This document shows positions 1 through 14,204 of a DNA stretch of 64,000 nucleotides, one piece after another. Made by a program: the position numbers and the translations under genes. The stretch comes from Octopus sinensis (Eukaryota): assembly GCF_006345805.1 (NCBI RefSeq), contig NC_043004.1:47616001-47680000 (forward strand), read 5' to 3'. The notes under the pieces were generated by a model. That model had not been told where the DNA came from and ran no database searches. It saw only the letters and a program-made list of their open reading frames with translations. Within the stretch, counting starts at the first letter, position 1; every line of letters begins with the position of its first letter.

Positions 1-598
1 TAGTTGCTAGATACATATACTACCACGTTTGTTCTTGATAGCACAAAGATTCTAAACTCTGAGAGTATAATCATGATGGCCCTTATTATCATTTCGCGAC
101 CAACAACGGACGGAAAATCTAACACAGATACATGGACATATGGAACAATCTTATCAGGATCATGGAGAATGCTTCATAGAGACATATGGTCTAAGGTCAC
201 ATACTCATTAACAAAATTGAAAACATTTGAAAGAAACAGAAATCTAAGCTAAGAATAAATGTAAGATGTTAAATGTAGTATGCGCAAAGGAATTCCGTAC
301 AGAAATACAGAATGTGGAAATCAATAGTACTCTTATAAAAACAAGAGATATTCAAATAATAAAATCTTGAGATTAAAAGAAAAAATTAGCATTGTATAGG
401 AAGTGTAGACACGTTCACAAAAAATGTATGGCTGGTTTGCAATGCGCTACACTTAATGCAAATTAAACTATAGATACCTAATAAAATAAGCTATTATGAT
501 GGTAGAGTTTTAGTACTTAATAAAGTAATGCGAGAGTAAGAAAACATATTCCAGATGAATAGTTGGATTAGGTAGTTCCCCAGGTTTGTGGTCCAACC

Positions 599-1190
599 CA
601 TCATCATCATTGTTCGACCGTGGTCGAGACAATGTAATTTACCATGCTACGCCAGTCTTCACGGTCCATCATAGCATTACAGAGGCCATGTTGCTAGATG
701 ACTGTATCCCAGGTGTTTACATCAGGGTAGGAGAGTGTGCGCCCTCTGGTATTGCGAGTAGATGGCTTCCAGAGGAGAAGAGTAGAAATTGCCTCGTTTT
801 CAGCTCTACAACAATATCCAGCAAACTGGACTCTCCTACCTTTCACAAGAGATGACACAGGTGGTAGTTTCCATACACCTGCATTCTGGTTGGATGACGC
901 TTCCACGATAGACCCTGAGCTCCCACAAGGGGGCGAGTGTAGGATCCATCCAACCGCCACCCAAGCGTCTTTGATAACATCCAGGCTTCTGAGCCACACG
1001 GTAGAATTGGTTCGACTGTGACTTTGAAGATTTTAAGTTTGAAGTCTCTACTTAGATTTGATGACCAGATATTATGCATATCATTACAGGCTGACCAGGC
1101 CATACCCCTTCCAGTTAGAAAATCTTTTCCAGATGATGATATGTATGACCCAAGGTATTTGTAATCAGAAACCAAGCTGTTGAGATTCAT
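599..1190 (-). mobile_element. 5'-truncated RTE-like LINE, 3' end (RT thumb/C-terminal region), frameshifted
   Basis: Minus-strand peptides YKYLGSYISSS..AW..M..IW.S.LSR..KLKIFK..VEPIL..GSEAW and RRVQFAGYCCR..LLLW...RGR, typical of the RTE-type ORF C-terminus. Ends in a short (GAT)n tail (tcatcatcat at ~599-610 on +). Confidence 0.85.
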
Positions 1191-2479
1191 GCCGTTGATA
1201 TTGACTTTCGATTTCAGTGGGTTGATATAAGGCGGAAAAAATCTGGACGGTGGGAGAATTATCGAAGGTAGCTACAAGGAATGATTGGGTATATATTGTG
1301 ACTCTAAAAACTAAGATACCAAAGTTATGTGTGAAGTGTGAAGACGGCTGCAAATGACGGACTTGAGGATAAACTTCGAGATATTGGAGCTAACAGGTAG
1401 TTGATAAGTCTAACACAGTCATTTGAAGGGGAGCAGAAAAGGAACAAAAAATAGCATACTTGCTTGTCACTGGTTTAATGCATAGTTAAGTGAATTTTGT
1501 CGGACAGCCAATTTTTTATGAGAATTTAAAGAACTGTTGTAGTTGCTGTGGCTGTTTGTTCAGTGGCTTGCGTATGATTTTCAGAACATTACATGAGCTA
1601 CTATATTCTTTCAAATAATATTACACTTATTTTTCGAAATCAAAGAATAAAAACTTTAAATTATTTATTTTAGACGCGGGCTCATGGTGTCGAATTGAAT
1701 TTTATGAAACTTATCGCTTTCTATGGTTCTAGTGCAAATTAAAGCTTTCATAAACTAAGGTTTCTAGTCTTGCCACCGAGTATTACGTTTACGTAACAAA
1801 ATTGGTTGCCGCACATAGTTTCAGTAATGGTTACTCACTCTCTCCTCAGAACAGTGATTAATAGTAAGTATATTTATTGCGCTTCTTCAGAGGCACATAT
1901 ATTATTCCTCTTAATTGCCATATATATAAATTTATCTGTGTGTATACAAACATACATACACACGCACACACACAAACACTTACGTACACAAACGCACACA
2001 CACATACATATATAGATAGACTATTCCAAGCTGTTTATATTTTATAAATGCTAGATGTAGCACCATTAAGTTTAGACTACCTCTGATGAACATATTTCCA
2101 GTTCAATATGTGATATGACAAATAAAATATTAAATTCTGAATACCTACGTTATCACATCTCATAAAACGGCATCTTTTCGTAGTTGCATTTATAAGTTGC
2201 GCGAGAAACCATAGTCGGTTCTGAGGGGTATATGGTTGCAAAACAGAAACGTAAATGAATTGACGGAAGAGCACCACTAGAAGTGGAGCCTGCGGCTTAA
2301 TATACTACCTTTTTAAAGATTGTGCGGCAGCTGACCTGGCTACATCAAGCGTAAACAAGGAACCTTGCCCAATACTGGGTGAGACCTCCACGATCAACAG
2401 GTATAGGATGCCCCCCCTAACGTCTGAACACTTGTCACGCCAATATTTTTACTAAATCACAACAACAAAAGCAAAATTT

Positions 2480-3837
2480 TCTTTCTGAGAGACGTTGCTG
2501 TATGCAATCAAGCCCTATGCATAGCACTCGTGGAAACTTGTGTGAGCCCTGATATAGAAGATGCAGAATTACACGTACCAAAACATACCATACTGCGAAC
2601 AGACAGAAGGGAAAGGAGCTATGGTGGAGTTGCTATATACATCTGGGAAGATGTATATGTTCTTACTGTCACACTCAAATTCAGTATGTGACGCTCTAAT
2701 TGCATACACAAGACAGCACAATATAGTCACATGCAATACATATCGCCCACCGGATGCTCAAACCACACAGGCAAGTTTGAGGATTTCCTCACAAGAATTA
2801 AAGAATTCCTCATGGAACAGGAACACCATGTGAGCGTATTTCTTATGGGTGAATTCAACTTCCTCAGTATCAAATGGTCAAAAGGTCTGACGCTCTCAGG
2901 AATGACATATTGCAAGCAAGCACTGGTGGAGTCTCTGCTCAACCTTACCAATTCCCTATTCATGGAGCAAGTTTTACTCAGACCAACTAAGATGAATAAT
3001 ATTTTAGATCTCTACTTCACAAACAATATGGGCATTGTTCATGATGTGAAAGTTTCACCGACATTAGTTTCGGATCACAACATAATAGAGTTGTCTATGT
3101 ATGGACCAAAAGTAGCCAGAGACATACAGCCTAAAGGAAGCACCCAAAATCTCACCAATCTGAACTTCCACAAAGCATACTGGAAATCGATCCAAAAAGA
3201 GATCCTCAGACAGGACAGGCCGAAATGTTTTTTCCACACCAAACATTGGCATGAAACTAGAATTTGTCATGTCTGTTATGAAAGCCATATGCCAGAAATA
3301 TGTCTCAGAGGACAAGGCCAACACAAAAAGGAACAATATTCTACGGAAAGGGAAGACCTTCATTAGACGACGGACGACGGTTGCAAATCGCTTCATCCAA
3401 CATTCCAAAAGTAGTGAATGGTCCCGCCTAAAAACAACAATGAAAGAGATTGAAAAGCATGCAATAATCCTATGTGAGGGAGAAAACAGACAAAGAAGCC
3501 CGTGTTATAAAAAAAACATAAAGTCAAACCCAAATGCCTTCGTCCATTATGCCAAACAAACAGCCTCAGTATGCTGCAAAATACGAACCCTCCTCCAAAA
3601 GGATGGCTCCCTAACAGATAGTCCAACCAGGTTCAGTGACGTATGAATGACCAGTTCAAAAGTGTCTTTATCACCCCGTTGGAACACAGACATGTGAACG
3701 AACCAGTGGATTTCTTTGCCGTGTCACCTATAACCAGCGAGGCAGTTACGATGGATTACATCGACATTAGCGAAGATCTACTACTAGCCATAAATGAAGT
3801 GGACGCAACAACTTTGAGTGATGATTTTTCGGAATAA
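2480..3837 (+). mobile_element. Degraded CR1/L2-group LINE fragment (APE endonuclease and linker)
   Basis: Motifs YRPPD, LMGEFNF..IKW (GDFN), PT.MNNILDLYFTNN, SDHNIIEL, LNFHKAYW and IKSNPNAFVHYAK, spread over frameshifted ORFs 2561-3837. Confidence 0.88.
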
Positions 3838-4144
3838 GCAAAACGGAACAACAGTAAAACTGGAATGTGTTTGTATGCTGATGTTTGTGTAATACAGCTG
3901 TGTGCGTGTATACTCTCTGTTTGTGCGTGTAGGAGTGTATATTTTCGCAAGTGTGTGCGTCTGCGTCCATGTTTTCATTGTATTTAATTGCGTGTGGTGT
4001 CTGCTTTGAGAAGATAGTAATTCATATTCTGAGCTGAATTAGCTGATTACAAAGGCTTACACGCTAAAGTAAACTCTAAACAATAACGGGTATCTTTCTA
4101 AAACTCGTACATTTAATCTGCGCGTGTGTGTGTGTCTGTATATA

Positions 4145-5404
4145 CAGGGTGTCCCCTTAAATGTATACACACTTTAAATAATTGTAAAGTAGATGTTTAT
4201 TAAAATAAATTTCATTTTCAAAATTTAATAAAATCGACTGACGTTATTCCGTTTTGTCAACGCATGTTTCCAAACTGAAGTTCGTTCTGTCCCAGGCTCT
4301 TCTGACAATGCGAAGCAATAGTATCGCAAACATACAAAACAATTAGTTTGGTATTTGTGTTCATTCTCGTTCAATAGCTGTTGTATAATCAGCGACTGTT
4401 GCAGGCTTCATAACGTAGGCTTTGTCTTTTATGTATCCCCATAAAAAAAAACTCTAGTGGTCTAGTGAACGTGGAGGGTATTCAAAGAAATCCCTTCGTC
4501 CAAACTACCTGTTTGGCAAGATCTTAAGGAACAATCTAACATCCCGATGGCAGGGTGGAGGTACCCCATCTTGCTAAAAATAAAATCCTTCATCTTAAAA
4601 GTATTCTCTAATGTTTGACATGACAGACTGTTGCAGCAATTTTAAGTAAACGGGACCAGTCACAATAGCGTCAAAAAAGAATGGTCCAACTAATCCTCTT
4701 GATGATAAGCCACACCGCACTGTACCTCCTGGTGAATTAACAAGGCGTTCCACCATAACATGCAGATTCGCAGGTCCCCAGTAGGTGCCATTGTGGTGGT
4801 TAATTGAACTATTTAATTTGAATGTGTCCTCATCACTGCACACAATTTCTGTTGGAAAGTGTGCATCTTCTACGCATCGTGCCAAGTACCACTCGCAATA
4901 TTGCACTCTTCAGTCTGGATCATCGTCATTAATAGCATGGACTAATCTTGGAACGTAACTTTTCCATTGACAACGCTTCAAAATGCGACGCGTTGGGCAG
5001 ACGATTTTGATATACCTACCTCACGACTCGATTTCCGCACAGGTTATCTTGGACTTTGGTGTACGTTTGTAGCACCCTTCCTTATTTTGTGGGGGGTTTC
5101 TGTTTTCGATGTCTTTCGGAACGATTCGCGTGGACTTTCTGAACAGTTCCATCTGCTTCAAACTTTACTCTAATTTGAATAATGGTAAGTCGCGTTGGTG
5201 GATCTGTTTGAAACTCCCTCCTAAACTGTCTTTGCATTTCAACTGCATTTTCACACTTCCAGCAGCATCTTAGAATCAATTTCCTTTGTTCAAAGCTTAG
5301 CCTGACTGGCATTATTAATTCCAATGGGTTCAATCTGGAAAGAAAAAAAACATCAATTGAGTTATCAGCTGCCTAACAGTGTATACACTTTTTGGGACAC
5401 CCTG
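4145..5404 (-). mobile_element. Tc1/mariner DNA transposon, probably DD41D (rosa/VS) type, full-length but inactivated
   Basis: TIRs cagggtgtcccc..aaatgtatacac / gtgtatacactttttgggacaccctg, with TA at both flanks. N-terminal HTH (RLSFEQRKLIL..QRQFRREFQTDPPTRLTI...KFEADGTV). Catalytic motifs [18 protein letters not shown] and YPPRSLD..FFLWGYIK. D2-D3 spacing is about 40-41 after allowing for small deletions. Confidence 0.9.
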
Positions 5405-5627
5405 TAGATATATATTTGCGTGTGGGGGTGCGTGTATGTGAGGTGGGTAGGGAATTAATAGTTATTACCTGTCATATGGTAACCATTGGTTTCGCTTAGT
5501 CTGACTGCCATCATTAATTCCAATGGATTCAATCTGGAAAGAAAAAAAGTCATCAATTGAGTTATCAGCTGCCTAACAGTGTATACACTTTTTGGGACAC
5601 CCTGCAGATATATATTTCGTTGTATGT

Positions 5628-5680
<53 letters not shown>

Positions 5681-5733
5681 TGTATAGGGAATTAATAGTT
5701 ATGACCGGTCATAGAGTGACCATTGGTTTCGCT
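5295..5733. repeat. Tandem duplication (~200 bp unit) of transposon end plus flank
   Basis: 5295-5493 and 5494-5733 align, including a second TIR copy at ~5578-5605. The second unit has an expanded (TG)n. Confidence 0.9.
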
Positions 5734-6493
5734 CCTATAAAATGCTTAGATATATAGGCGACTCGAAATGTAAAAGCCGGACTAGATTATTTTATGCGCA
5801 ACTCCATTGTCTCCCGAGACAAAAAGGATGCCAACTCAATAGGCGACTCGTCATACCCCAGTGGCTGAAGGCGCATAATCTCTACAATTTGAGGAAGAAA
5901 TACGAAACGGTCACTTAGCTTTGTAAACAAGAAAAATTAATTGTTCGTGATGTGGGAGGACGGGGTGGAATAGGGTTGAGTTAATTCCCTTACATCGGTT
6001 ATACATTCACACACACACACACATACACACACACATAAAACACACAAATGTATATATGACCACACTTATTTATATGGTGCTATATTAGAAGTCACTCGCT
6101 ATAGCTGGTGCGCAGCTTGAATAAAACCGAATCCACTTGGATGCAAAGCAACTTTCGTAACTGGTCTGACATGCCTCCGCCTAAACACTATTATTAGTTA
6201 AAGATAAATTTTAAGTCCGTTCTCAAGTCAATTAGTACGTGGTGGACATAAATAATCGAAAGCTGATTCGTGCATGCGTGTTCGTTTGTCTGTGTCTGAA
6301 TTCATGTATATATATCTATGAGTAAGCATATATACTACATATAAGTGTATGTGTGTTCATACATATATATCTTCATTTATATATGTGTGTGTGTGTGTTT
6401 ATATATATATATAGATATATATATAAGTGCAGGTAGGTAGACACCTAGACACAGAGAGAGGCAGACACACTGACAGACAGGCGGTGAGAGAGG

Positions 6494-6573
<80 letters not shown>

Positions 6574-6582
6574 CAGATAGAT
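6494..6582. repeat. (GATA)n microsatellite
   Basis: Direct read. Confidence 0.97.
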
Positions 6583-7376
6583 ACATGCATACTTATTTGC
6601 ATGCAACATGTACCTATGAAACACACATGTGGCGTTTTGGGCCATACACTATCACGTTAAATTTCTATCGGCACACACAACCGAAAAGATGATTAAATGC
6701 GAATGCCATTGCATTTTAGTAAAATAATCCGACTAAAGAATCTTATCTTGGACGGTTTATCAGGTGCAAACAAGTAATATTATTTAGTAAATGAGACGTA
6801 GTTATTTCTAAGTAACCATTTAGAAATGAATGGTAGTATTGATGCAATCATTTAAGCGATAACAAGAAATCTATTTAATGCTGTAATTAGTACTTTAGCA
6901 CAAATATTCTTACAAATATATTTTCTTTGACAATTTTAAGCTGTTTTTACTTGATTGAAAACAACTCAGCAACTTGCATCGAATTAGCGAGCTTATAAAC
7001 AGCATCAATTTTCAGGTGTTACAAGAATTGTCCTTATAACATCACAGTACTATCATAGTCGTTGCATTAAATGTTCTTATTGGATTATCTGTTCTTCAAG
7101 GACGTTCATTTGCCAAATTTGCATCGCATACAATAACATCGTGATGCCTCCAAGGAAGTTATAGGAGATAGATAAAATGAATACCTTGTGTTTCATTGCA
7201 CTTAAGCTGAAATATTTAATATAATACTACGTATATATGTATATTTGTGTGTATGTGTATAGTTACATATATATGCTTGTGTATATATGTGTGCATATAT
7301 ATATATATATTTATAGAGAGAGAGAGAGAGACAGACAGACATACAGACAGAGAAAAAGAGAGAGATTTACGTCTAT

Positions 7377-7421
<45 letters not shown>

Positions 7422-7422
<1 letters not shown>

Positions 7423-7797
7423 TAGCAGTATCGCCCGCGTTGCTCAGGTTTGTAAGGGAAAAACTATAAAGCATTTTTAGAGAGTTATAGCCAAAAAATA
7501 GCAAAAAAATGGAAAAAAAATGATGGTAAATTTTTTTGAGTTAAAAAAGGTGGAGTTGCGTCCCCTAGACGGTCTGTGGTTTGGGTTTCTGATTCTCGAC
7601 CCCATGTCGAATTTATCGATTTTTTCAGAACTGGGGGAACTTTTCAAAATTTTCGCTGCGTTAGTTTTGAATTATGACATTGGGCTATGTGTGTGTCAGG
7701 TTTCATCAGAATCGGTTGAAAGCCGTGGTCAGAGTGAGGGTACGAGAAAACAGACACACAGAAAACGCACAGACAAACTGCCGTTTATATAGAGAGA
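7422..7797 (-). mobile_element. Non-autonomous Helitron-like element (~376 bp)
   Basis: On minus: starts A^TCTCTCTATATAAA, ends with an imperfect GC hairpin (cctgagcaacgcggg) shortly before CTAG^T. No TSD. Inserted in a (TA)n tract. Confidence 0.75.
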
Positions 7798-7817
7798 TAT
7801 ATATATATATATATATA

Positions 7818-7938
7818 TTGGCCTGCTCGCTTAGCCAGTGGGGTGGCGTCGTTTGAAGGCTAAAACAATGCGAAGCGCATTGTGACCAGCGATATGTAGC
7901 AACATCTGATAGCCTGGTCGGTCACGTGATCACGTGAT
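7818..7938 (+). mobile_element. 3' portion of tRNA-derived SINE (same tail as the 27215-27505 copy)
   Basis: ttggcctgctcgctt..gccag.ggggtggcgtc...gtagcaacatct...cctggtcggtcac matches 27394-27505. Confidence 0.8.
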
Positions 7939-8010
7939 GTATATATATCTGTATATATATATAATATATATATATATATATAATATATATACATATATAT
8001 ATATATATAT

Positions 8011-8088
<78 letters not shown>

Positions 8089-8643
8089 TATCTATAAAAG
8101 GCAGGATGTGTTTGTCTATGTGTGTACATGAATGTAATTTATGCACTCTACAAATTAGCACGCATGTCGCTCCAATTCTAGCAGGACAGTCGTCACGACA
8201 ATAGTAAGTTTTTTGTCAACTTATTTTCATCGGGATAACCGCAGATAGTGGTAAAAATAGATTTTGAACCATAATTTTTACCAATTTTGAATTTTGCTAA
8301 CATGAGTTAAGTCCCCTTCTTCTTATAAAGAAGTTAAAGTATGTGTGTCTGTGACAGAAGTTGTGTGTTGATGCATGGGTCTGCGGGGAGAGGGTGATTG
8401 GCTGCGTTCATAAACAATATAAATGTAAGATCTATTTTTTCTTAACCACGAGATATAGTCGTCAAATTTAGGATTTTTTTGAAAGGCACTATATTTTATA
8501 ATCGGATTATATATACTTTCTCACACAACAATTAAAATATATTTATTTATCTATTTATCTATAAAAGGCAGGTTATATGCTCATATACGGATAAAAGGCA
8601 CGTATATGTATATTTACTTGCATACACAATTGTATACATATAC

Positions 8644-8710
<67 letters not shown>

Positions 8711-8711
8711 C

Positions 8712-8771
<60 letters not shown>

Positions 8772-8774
8772 ATA

Positions 8775-9050
8775 CTGTCAACTTTGGGCTTCCATTGAAG
8801 GTCATCCTCAACACTTGCAGGGAGACAGGCATGTTTTCCCTCACTAACAGATTGGCCCTTGTACTGAACACTGCAGCATTAGCCGTGTTTCTCACTGCTG
8901 ATGTGGTGATGAGCTGCCTCTTCTTTCCAATCATCACACTCTTCACGAGCTCATAGTGTAGGATCCTATGTGCTTGGATCGCAAGTATCTGTAGACCACT
9001 CTCCCCAAGCACATTACCTATCTCCTCTCTCTTCTTCAGCGTCCGAACTG
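8775..9050 (-). mobile_element. LINE APE endonuclease N-terminal fragment (RTE-like)
   Basis: Peptide RTLKKREEIGNVL..LQILAIQAHRILH (I.EHR motif)...LITTSAVRN..NAA...FNGSPKLTV. Confidence 0.7.
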
Positions 9051-12000
9051 TTCACAAATTCAGAGTGTCGATTTTTTGTGGCTCTTCTGCATATGTGTGT
9101 GTGCGCGAAAGTCCAACCTACATAGCCCCATCGAAAACCTTTGTTAAAAGAAGGATTCCAATTTCAACAATAGGAGTTGAAAAATTGTAATCGCGTCATA
9201 GCTTGTGGAGTAATGCAACTTTACAGTCTTTACAGCAGACGCGATGTCGTAACCTTCTGTCCCGATCCATACAGTTTTACGTGCATAGGTGCACACATAC
9301 ATACACACATTTGCACATATACGCCTCTGTTTGTGTGTGTGTGTGTGCTGGTATTTGTGTGCAAAATTAATTTGTCACTCATCTTGTATTCTATATAAAT
9401 GAAGTGCAGACACCAACGTTTGAGAACTCGGCAAGAGATAACAGAAATATTTTATGTTATCGAGAACATTAGTAAATATATTTATTAGTTGTAATAGTAA
9501 TCCCATCCAGTTTTATGCTGTAAAGGCCAAAAAGGATATCAGTATCATGTTTATAGTCATTTTGACGCAATAAACTTTGTCATGTCTGAAAATATATCGA
9601 TGATTTACTCACAGCATATCAACCATTCATTGTTTATGTATTCGCCATTGGATTTTGAAAACTTCACGAGGATTTAGCTTTTGGCTTAACGTATATTTTA
9701 TGGTCGGGATTCTGTGATTTCTTGGTCTCTTATAATTAACTGATATTACATTAGCACTTGCGCAATGACAAGAAAATTCTTACAATTATGTAGAGGCTAT
9801 TCATCACTTGGCAGGAATTGCGTTCTTAATTTAATCACAATAAATCGTAGAGCTTAGATTTCCATATTATAATAACTGATTGCTGAAATGCTCCCTCTAT
9901 GATTTAGTTACACCGCATGAGACGGAAGATGTTAAATTTTCAACTGTGGTTCATTAGAAAATAAATCAAATACAATGTCATTTCACAAGAAAACTAACAT
10001 AGAACCTATCCTACAAAACCTCGCACTGGGATTATACAGAGCGTTTTAACTATAACGGAAGTGAACTGAAAAACGAAATTATATAAGGTTTAGTGTTATT
10101 ACATTATTATAGAAGTTGCGACTAAATTGAATTTAAATCATTCAATTCAACTTGTAATTTGATTCTGACATCGCCATTTGTCATGCTAAAACACAACTAG
10201 AGAAACATGAAAAAAATCTATGAAACGCTGTTAGAAATTCTCCTATATCTAAATATAAGTCTGATACAGACATACACATATATGTGTGCGCGTATTATAG
10301 TGTGTGTGCATGTCATAGGGTTTGCGCACAAGTGTGTGTATGAGTGTATTTCAGTATGTATACCCCTGGCACATAAGTGGAAAACAAGAAGGCGAGAAAG
10401 CACTCGAATACGAAATACACAATAAAATACAGAATTTCATTGAAGTTTATTTCAACCTGTACGTAAGCGATGATTTACAGAATTTAACTTTTTGAACGAT
10501 AAAATGGCTTTAAATGGTGCGGTGAAAATCAATTGACAAATAATTAAATAAACATTTAAAGCTGATGAAACAATGTGTTGACACATTTCAAAATCAATAA
10601 AATGTGTCAGGTAAGTACATTGACCTTTAACAGAAATATTATCATTAATAAAGTTTTGCCTTCAGGCAGTTATAATTTCTGCTTTCTAGGAAAACTCCAG
10701 ACAATATCATTTTAGTGTTTTAAAGTATAGACTAAGTGAGTGGACAATAAAAATTCAAAATCAAACAAAAGCAAAGAGTTTTATAAATAAATTTGTTGTG
10801 CGTAGGAGAGGAAAGGCAAACAAGAATGAGGAGTGAAGGAAGGGCTCTTAAGTAGATAAAGGGGTAAAAAAACTAAGCTAGAGAAGTGGCGTATGAATAC
10901 TCTAAACGTATGAAACAGTGTATATGCATCGCTACACTTGGATACATAACCTCTGCTTTAAATATAGTTATAGCTGGAGAGATAAATACGTAGGTAAGCA
11001 GCGTAATTAAGAGGAAAACATGTAATGCAGATCTATGGAACGATGAGTCGGTAAATGTGATGAGGAAGGAAAGGCGAAATATAGACCAATCTAGAATGTA
11101 GAACCAAGATTAATATAATCGCTATGTTTTGAGACAGTGGTGGTGGGGTGTATTAAAAACAATAGGATCACACGAAAAAACAGGTCAAAATTAACGGTAT
11201 ACACATGGTTTGAAATGGTGGTAAAGCACGCAAAAATGCGTGGATTTCAAAATGGAAGCAGTAAGTTTTTTTTTAAATTATTTATACAAAAGTCATATCC
11301 ATAACTTGAGGCATGATTAACAGAAGGCTGGCTAAAATTTTTATGAAAATAATTGCCATGTATTAAAGAATCGGTAAGTTTAGAAGAAAGTGGCAACATA
11401 TTCCAAGTATTAATGGTAACAATTGGTGAGAGAAAACAAGAGCTCTGTATGTCATATGGAACAGTTCTTGAAATTAATCATTTCGAAGAAAATCTCTAAC
11501 AGTTCAATAATTCAGAGTTTCTGTTTAAAGTCGATTTATCCTAAGACAGAATAAAATACTTTTTCACTTAAACATGGCGGACATTTGATAGAATTTATGT
11601 TAGAGTCCTGTCGTCCTGGCTATAAGTTAAATAAAATTGAGCATGAATTAAAAGTAGCCGGACGAGGTTCTCCAGACGGTTAAACGTATTTAGACAGACG
11701 CGATGCTGACATAATTTCCGGATATTAAAATAAATTCTTGTACAGGAAAAATCGAGTCTTCAAGTGTTTAGTAATAGGAACTTGAAATTGTTGTCAGCCA
11801 GGCTTTACAGTAATTATATTTCCGTAAGCACATCTCTACTATAAACACCTTAGATTCCGTATCGACGACACAACAGAATACTCCAGAAATTTCAGCAAAA
11901 GTGTCTAGACCTATGTTAAACATCACTCAGAGATCTACACCTAACACAGAATTGATGGAAAAGGAAAAATGTGTCGTTAAGGAAGCTTAACTCATGAATA

Positions 12001-12718
12001 ATCATATGTGCTGAGCTGGTCATGTTAAGGTACTCCACGAGCCAAAATGGAGATTTTATGACATAAAAAATATTATGGCCCTCATTAAGGAAATCTTGCA
12101 CTGCAGCGACGAAAATGTGGATCTATAACGCCGTAAAATAGTCTACATTTTAGGAAAATATGAATTAGGCGATAAATAATGAAAAGTTAGACAACAGAAC
12201 GAAGTTGAAATCTTGCATGGTAAATATATTCTCGTATGCGCAGTGTGGTTTCATTAGTTTAAATGATCGGACGTTTCATACAGGAAATTCATATATCGGG
12301 TAAAACTAAATAGTAATTTATGTCTAAAGACAAGACCATCTAGATTTGGACTGAAAATTCATTTTAGATGGACACATAAGTGGGAAGCTATTACCGATAT
12401 GATTCTGGACAAAATTGTGCTACGTTTGACAGGAAAAAAAAAACAGAAATGCTTGAGTAATGATCTGAGGTCATATAATAATAATTCAATGAAACGGACT
12501 GTATGCATATATCTCTAATGAGAAAGTGATTATGCTAGAAATTCAGTTGATGACCACACATACTCCTACAAAAACAAAGCAGCGACGCACTCAGATATGC
12601 ACGCACGCACGCACGCATAACTTGCTATATATGTACATGTATATATATATATATACGCGAGAAAGAAGCAACAAGAATGGATAGGTTATATATATATGTA
12701 TATATATATATATAATAT

Positions 12719-12843
<125 letters not shown>

Positions 12844-14052
12844 TAGGTGTGTGTGTGTGTGTGTATATGTGTCCATGAGCAACACATGAAATTCATACAG
12901 ATTGATATACCAGAGTACTATTCTATAAATCCAATGGTGTTGAATGTTTCCCATGAGTAATTTTACTTTACTTTATATGATAGCCGATTCTGATTTGTTT
13001 GAGCTGTTTGCTACATTTTATAGATTATGAAGGCAGATTCTGGTCCTGTTGTGACAGAGTAAATAACTTCGATATAACAACGAAATCTAGTAACTCGGCA
13101 CAAGTTCCCTAAATTAGTGGTAAGGACATTACGTGGAAGAAAATCTCTTCACTCTAAATAGATGAAGCGTAGGGGAATAGAAAGAAATAGGAACATATTA
13201 TTTAAGTTCTTTAATAGCACTAGAAAAGAATTTTCTTGATTTATCGCTAGACCTAGATACTGGTTTATATCCACCATGACATAAACGTAATGAAATTCTA
13301 ACTTATGCGAATAACGTCTCAAATCATCCACGCTCTGTTAACGATGCAATAGTTAGTTGCATGTTATATAGAATCTCCAGGTGTAGCACAAATAAAAGAA
13401 TTTCAACGCACATGTAGATTACTTTAAAGAAATATAAAGAAATACAAAGCAAACATTTGTTAAAGGATTGCTAAGTGTTTGAGTTACCGTCCGAATCCTA
13501 TTTTGTGAAAATCTCTAAATGGACCTCTAAACTAAAATATCAAGAGTGCATACATAAGGTATTTACATTTATTTTTCAAACAATATGAACTTTTAAATGT
13601 TGGTTTCTTCATGTAAGTTTCAGCTGGAGTACCTAAATATCTACATCTATTTATTGATATGAGAATATTTTGTGTATTTGAGATTTTGAGTCCATTAGTG
13701 CGAATATGAAAAGAGGAAATATTTTAATTTTGATTTTTTAATCGTTCATTCTTGTATATAAAAACACGAGCGGTATCATTTGGGTCTCTGTGCGCGGAGT
13801 CTCATTAACTTAAATTATTCTTGTAGGTAAGTAGGATATGCCATTAAATATTAATAACAGCTCCGTCTTTTTTGTCTGTCTAGGTCCGCCTTTGTGGTCG
13901 TATGTGGGCGTGACACCACTGAAGTTTCTGATAAATGATACCTGTTCCCTGTGGTGCCAATTATCTGGCTAAAATTAGAGTGGTACATCAGAAGACATAC
14001 ATCAAAACGTGCGCTCTTACATTGTGTTTGTTAAGTGTTGTAAATTGCTTAT

Positions 14053-14165
14053 CATCATCATCATCATCATAGTTTAGCGTCCGTTTTCCATTCTAGCATG
14101 GGTTGGACGGTTCTACTGGGGTCTGTGAAGCCAGAAGGCTTCATCAGGCCCAGTCAAATCTGGCA
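14053..14165 (-). mobile_element. Probable retroposon 3' end with (GAT)n tail
   Basis: (CAT)n run followed by a GC-richer segment gtttagcgtccgttttccattctagcatgggttggacgg. The tail type is the same as the RTE-like element at 599. Confidence 0.55.
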
Positions 14166-14204
14166 GAAGGAAACGGTATAAAATTTAAAACAAATTGCAC
14201 ACAG

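Noticed and set aside
1-440. Possible Penelope C-terminal remnant (..KCRHVHKK..)
   Set aside because: Only a faint motif; not supportable.
11300-12450. Possible ancient + strand RTE RT remnant (QPGF, DSV, GLKI-like words)
   Set aside because: Too degraded to assemble a consistent frame by eye.
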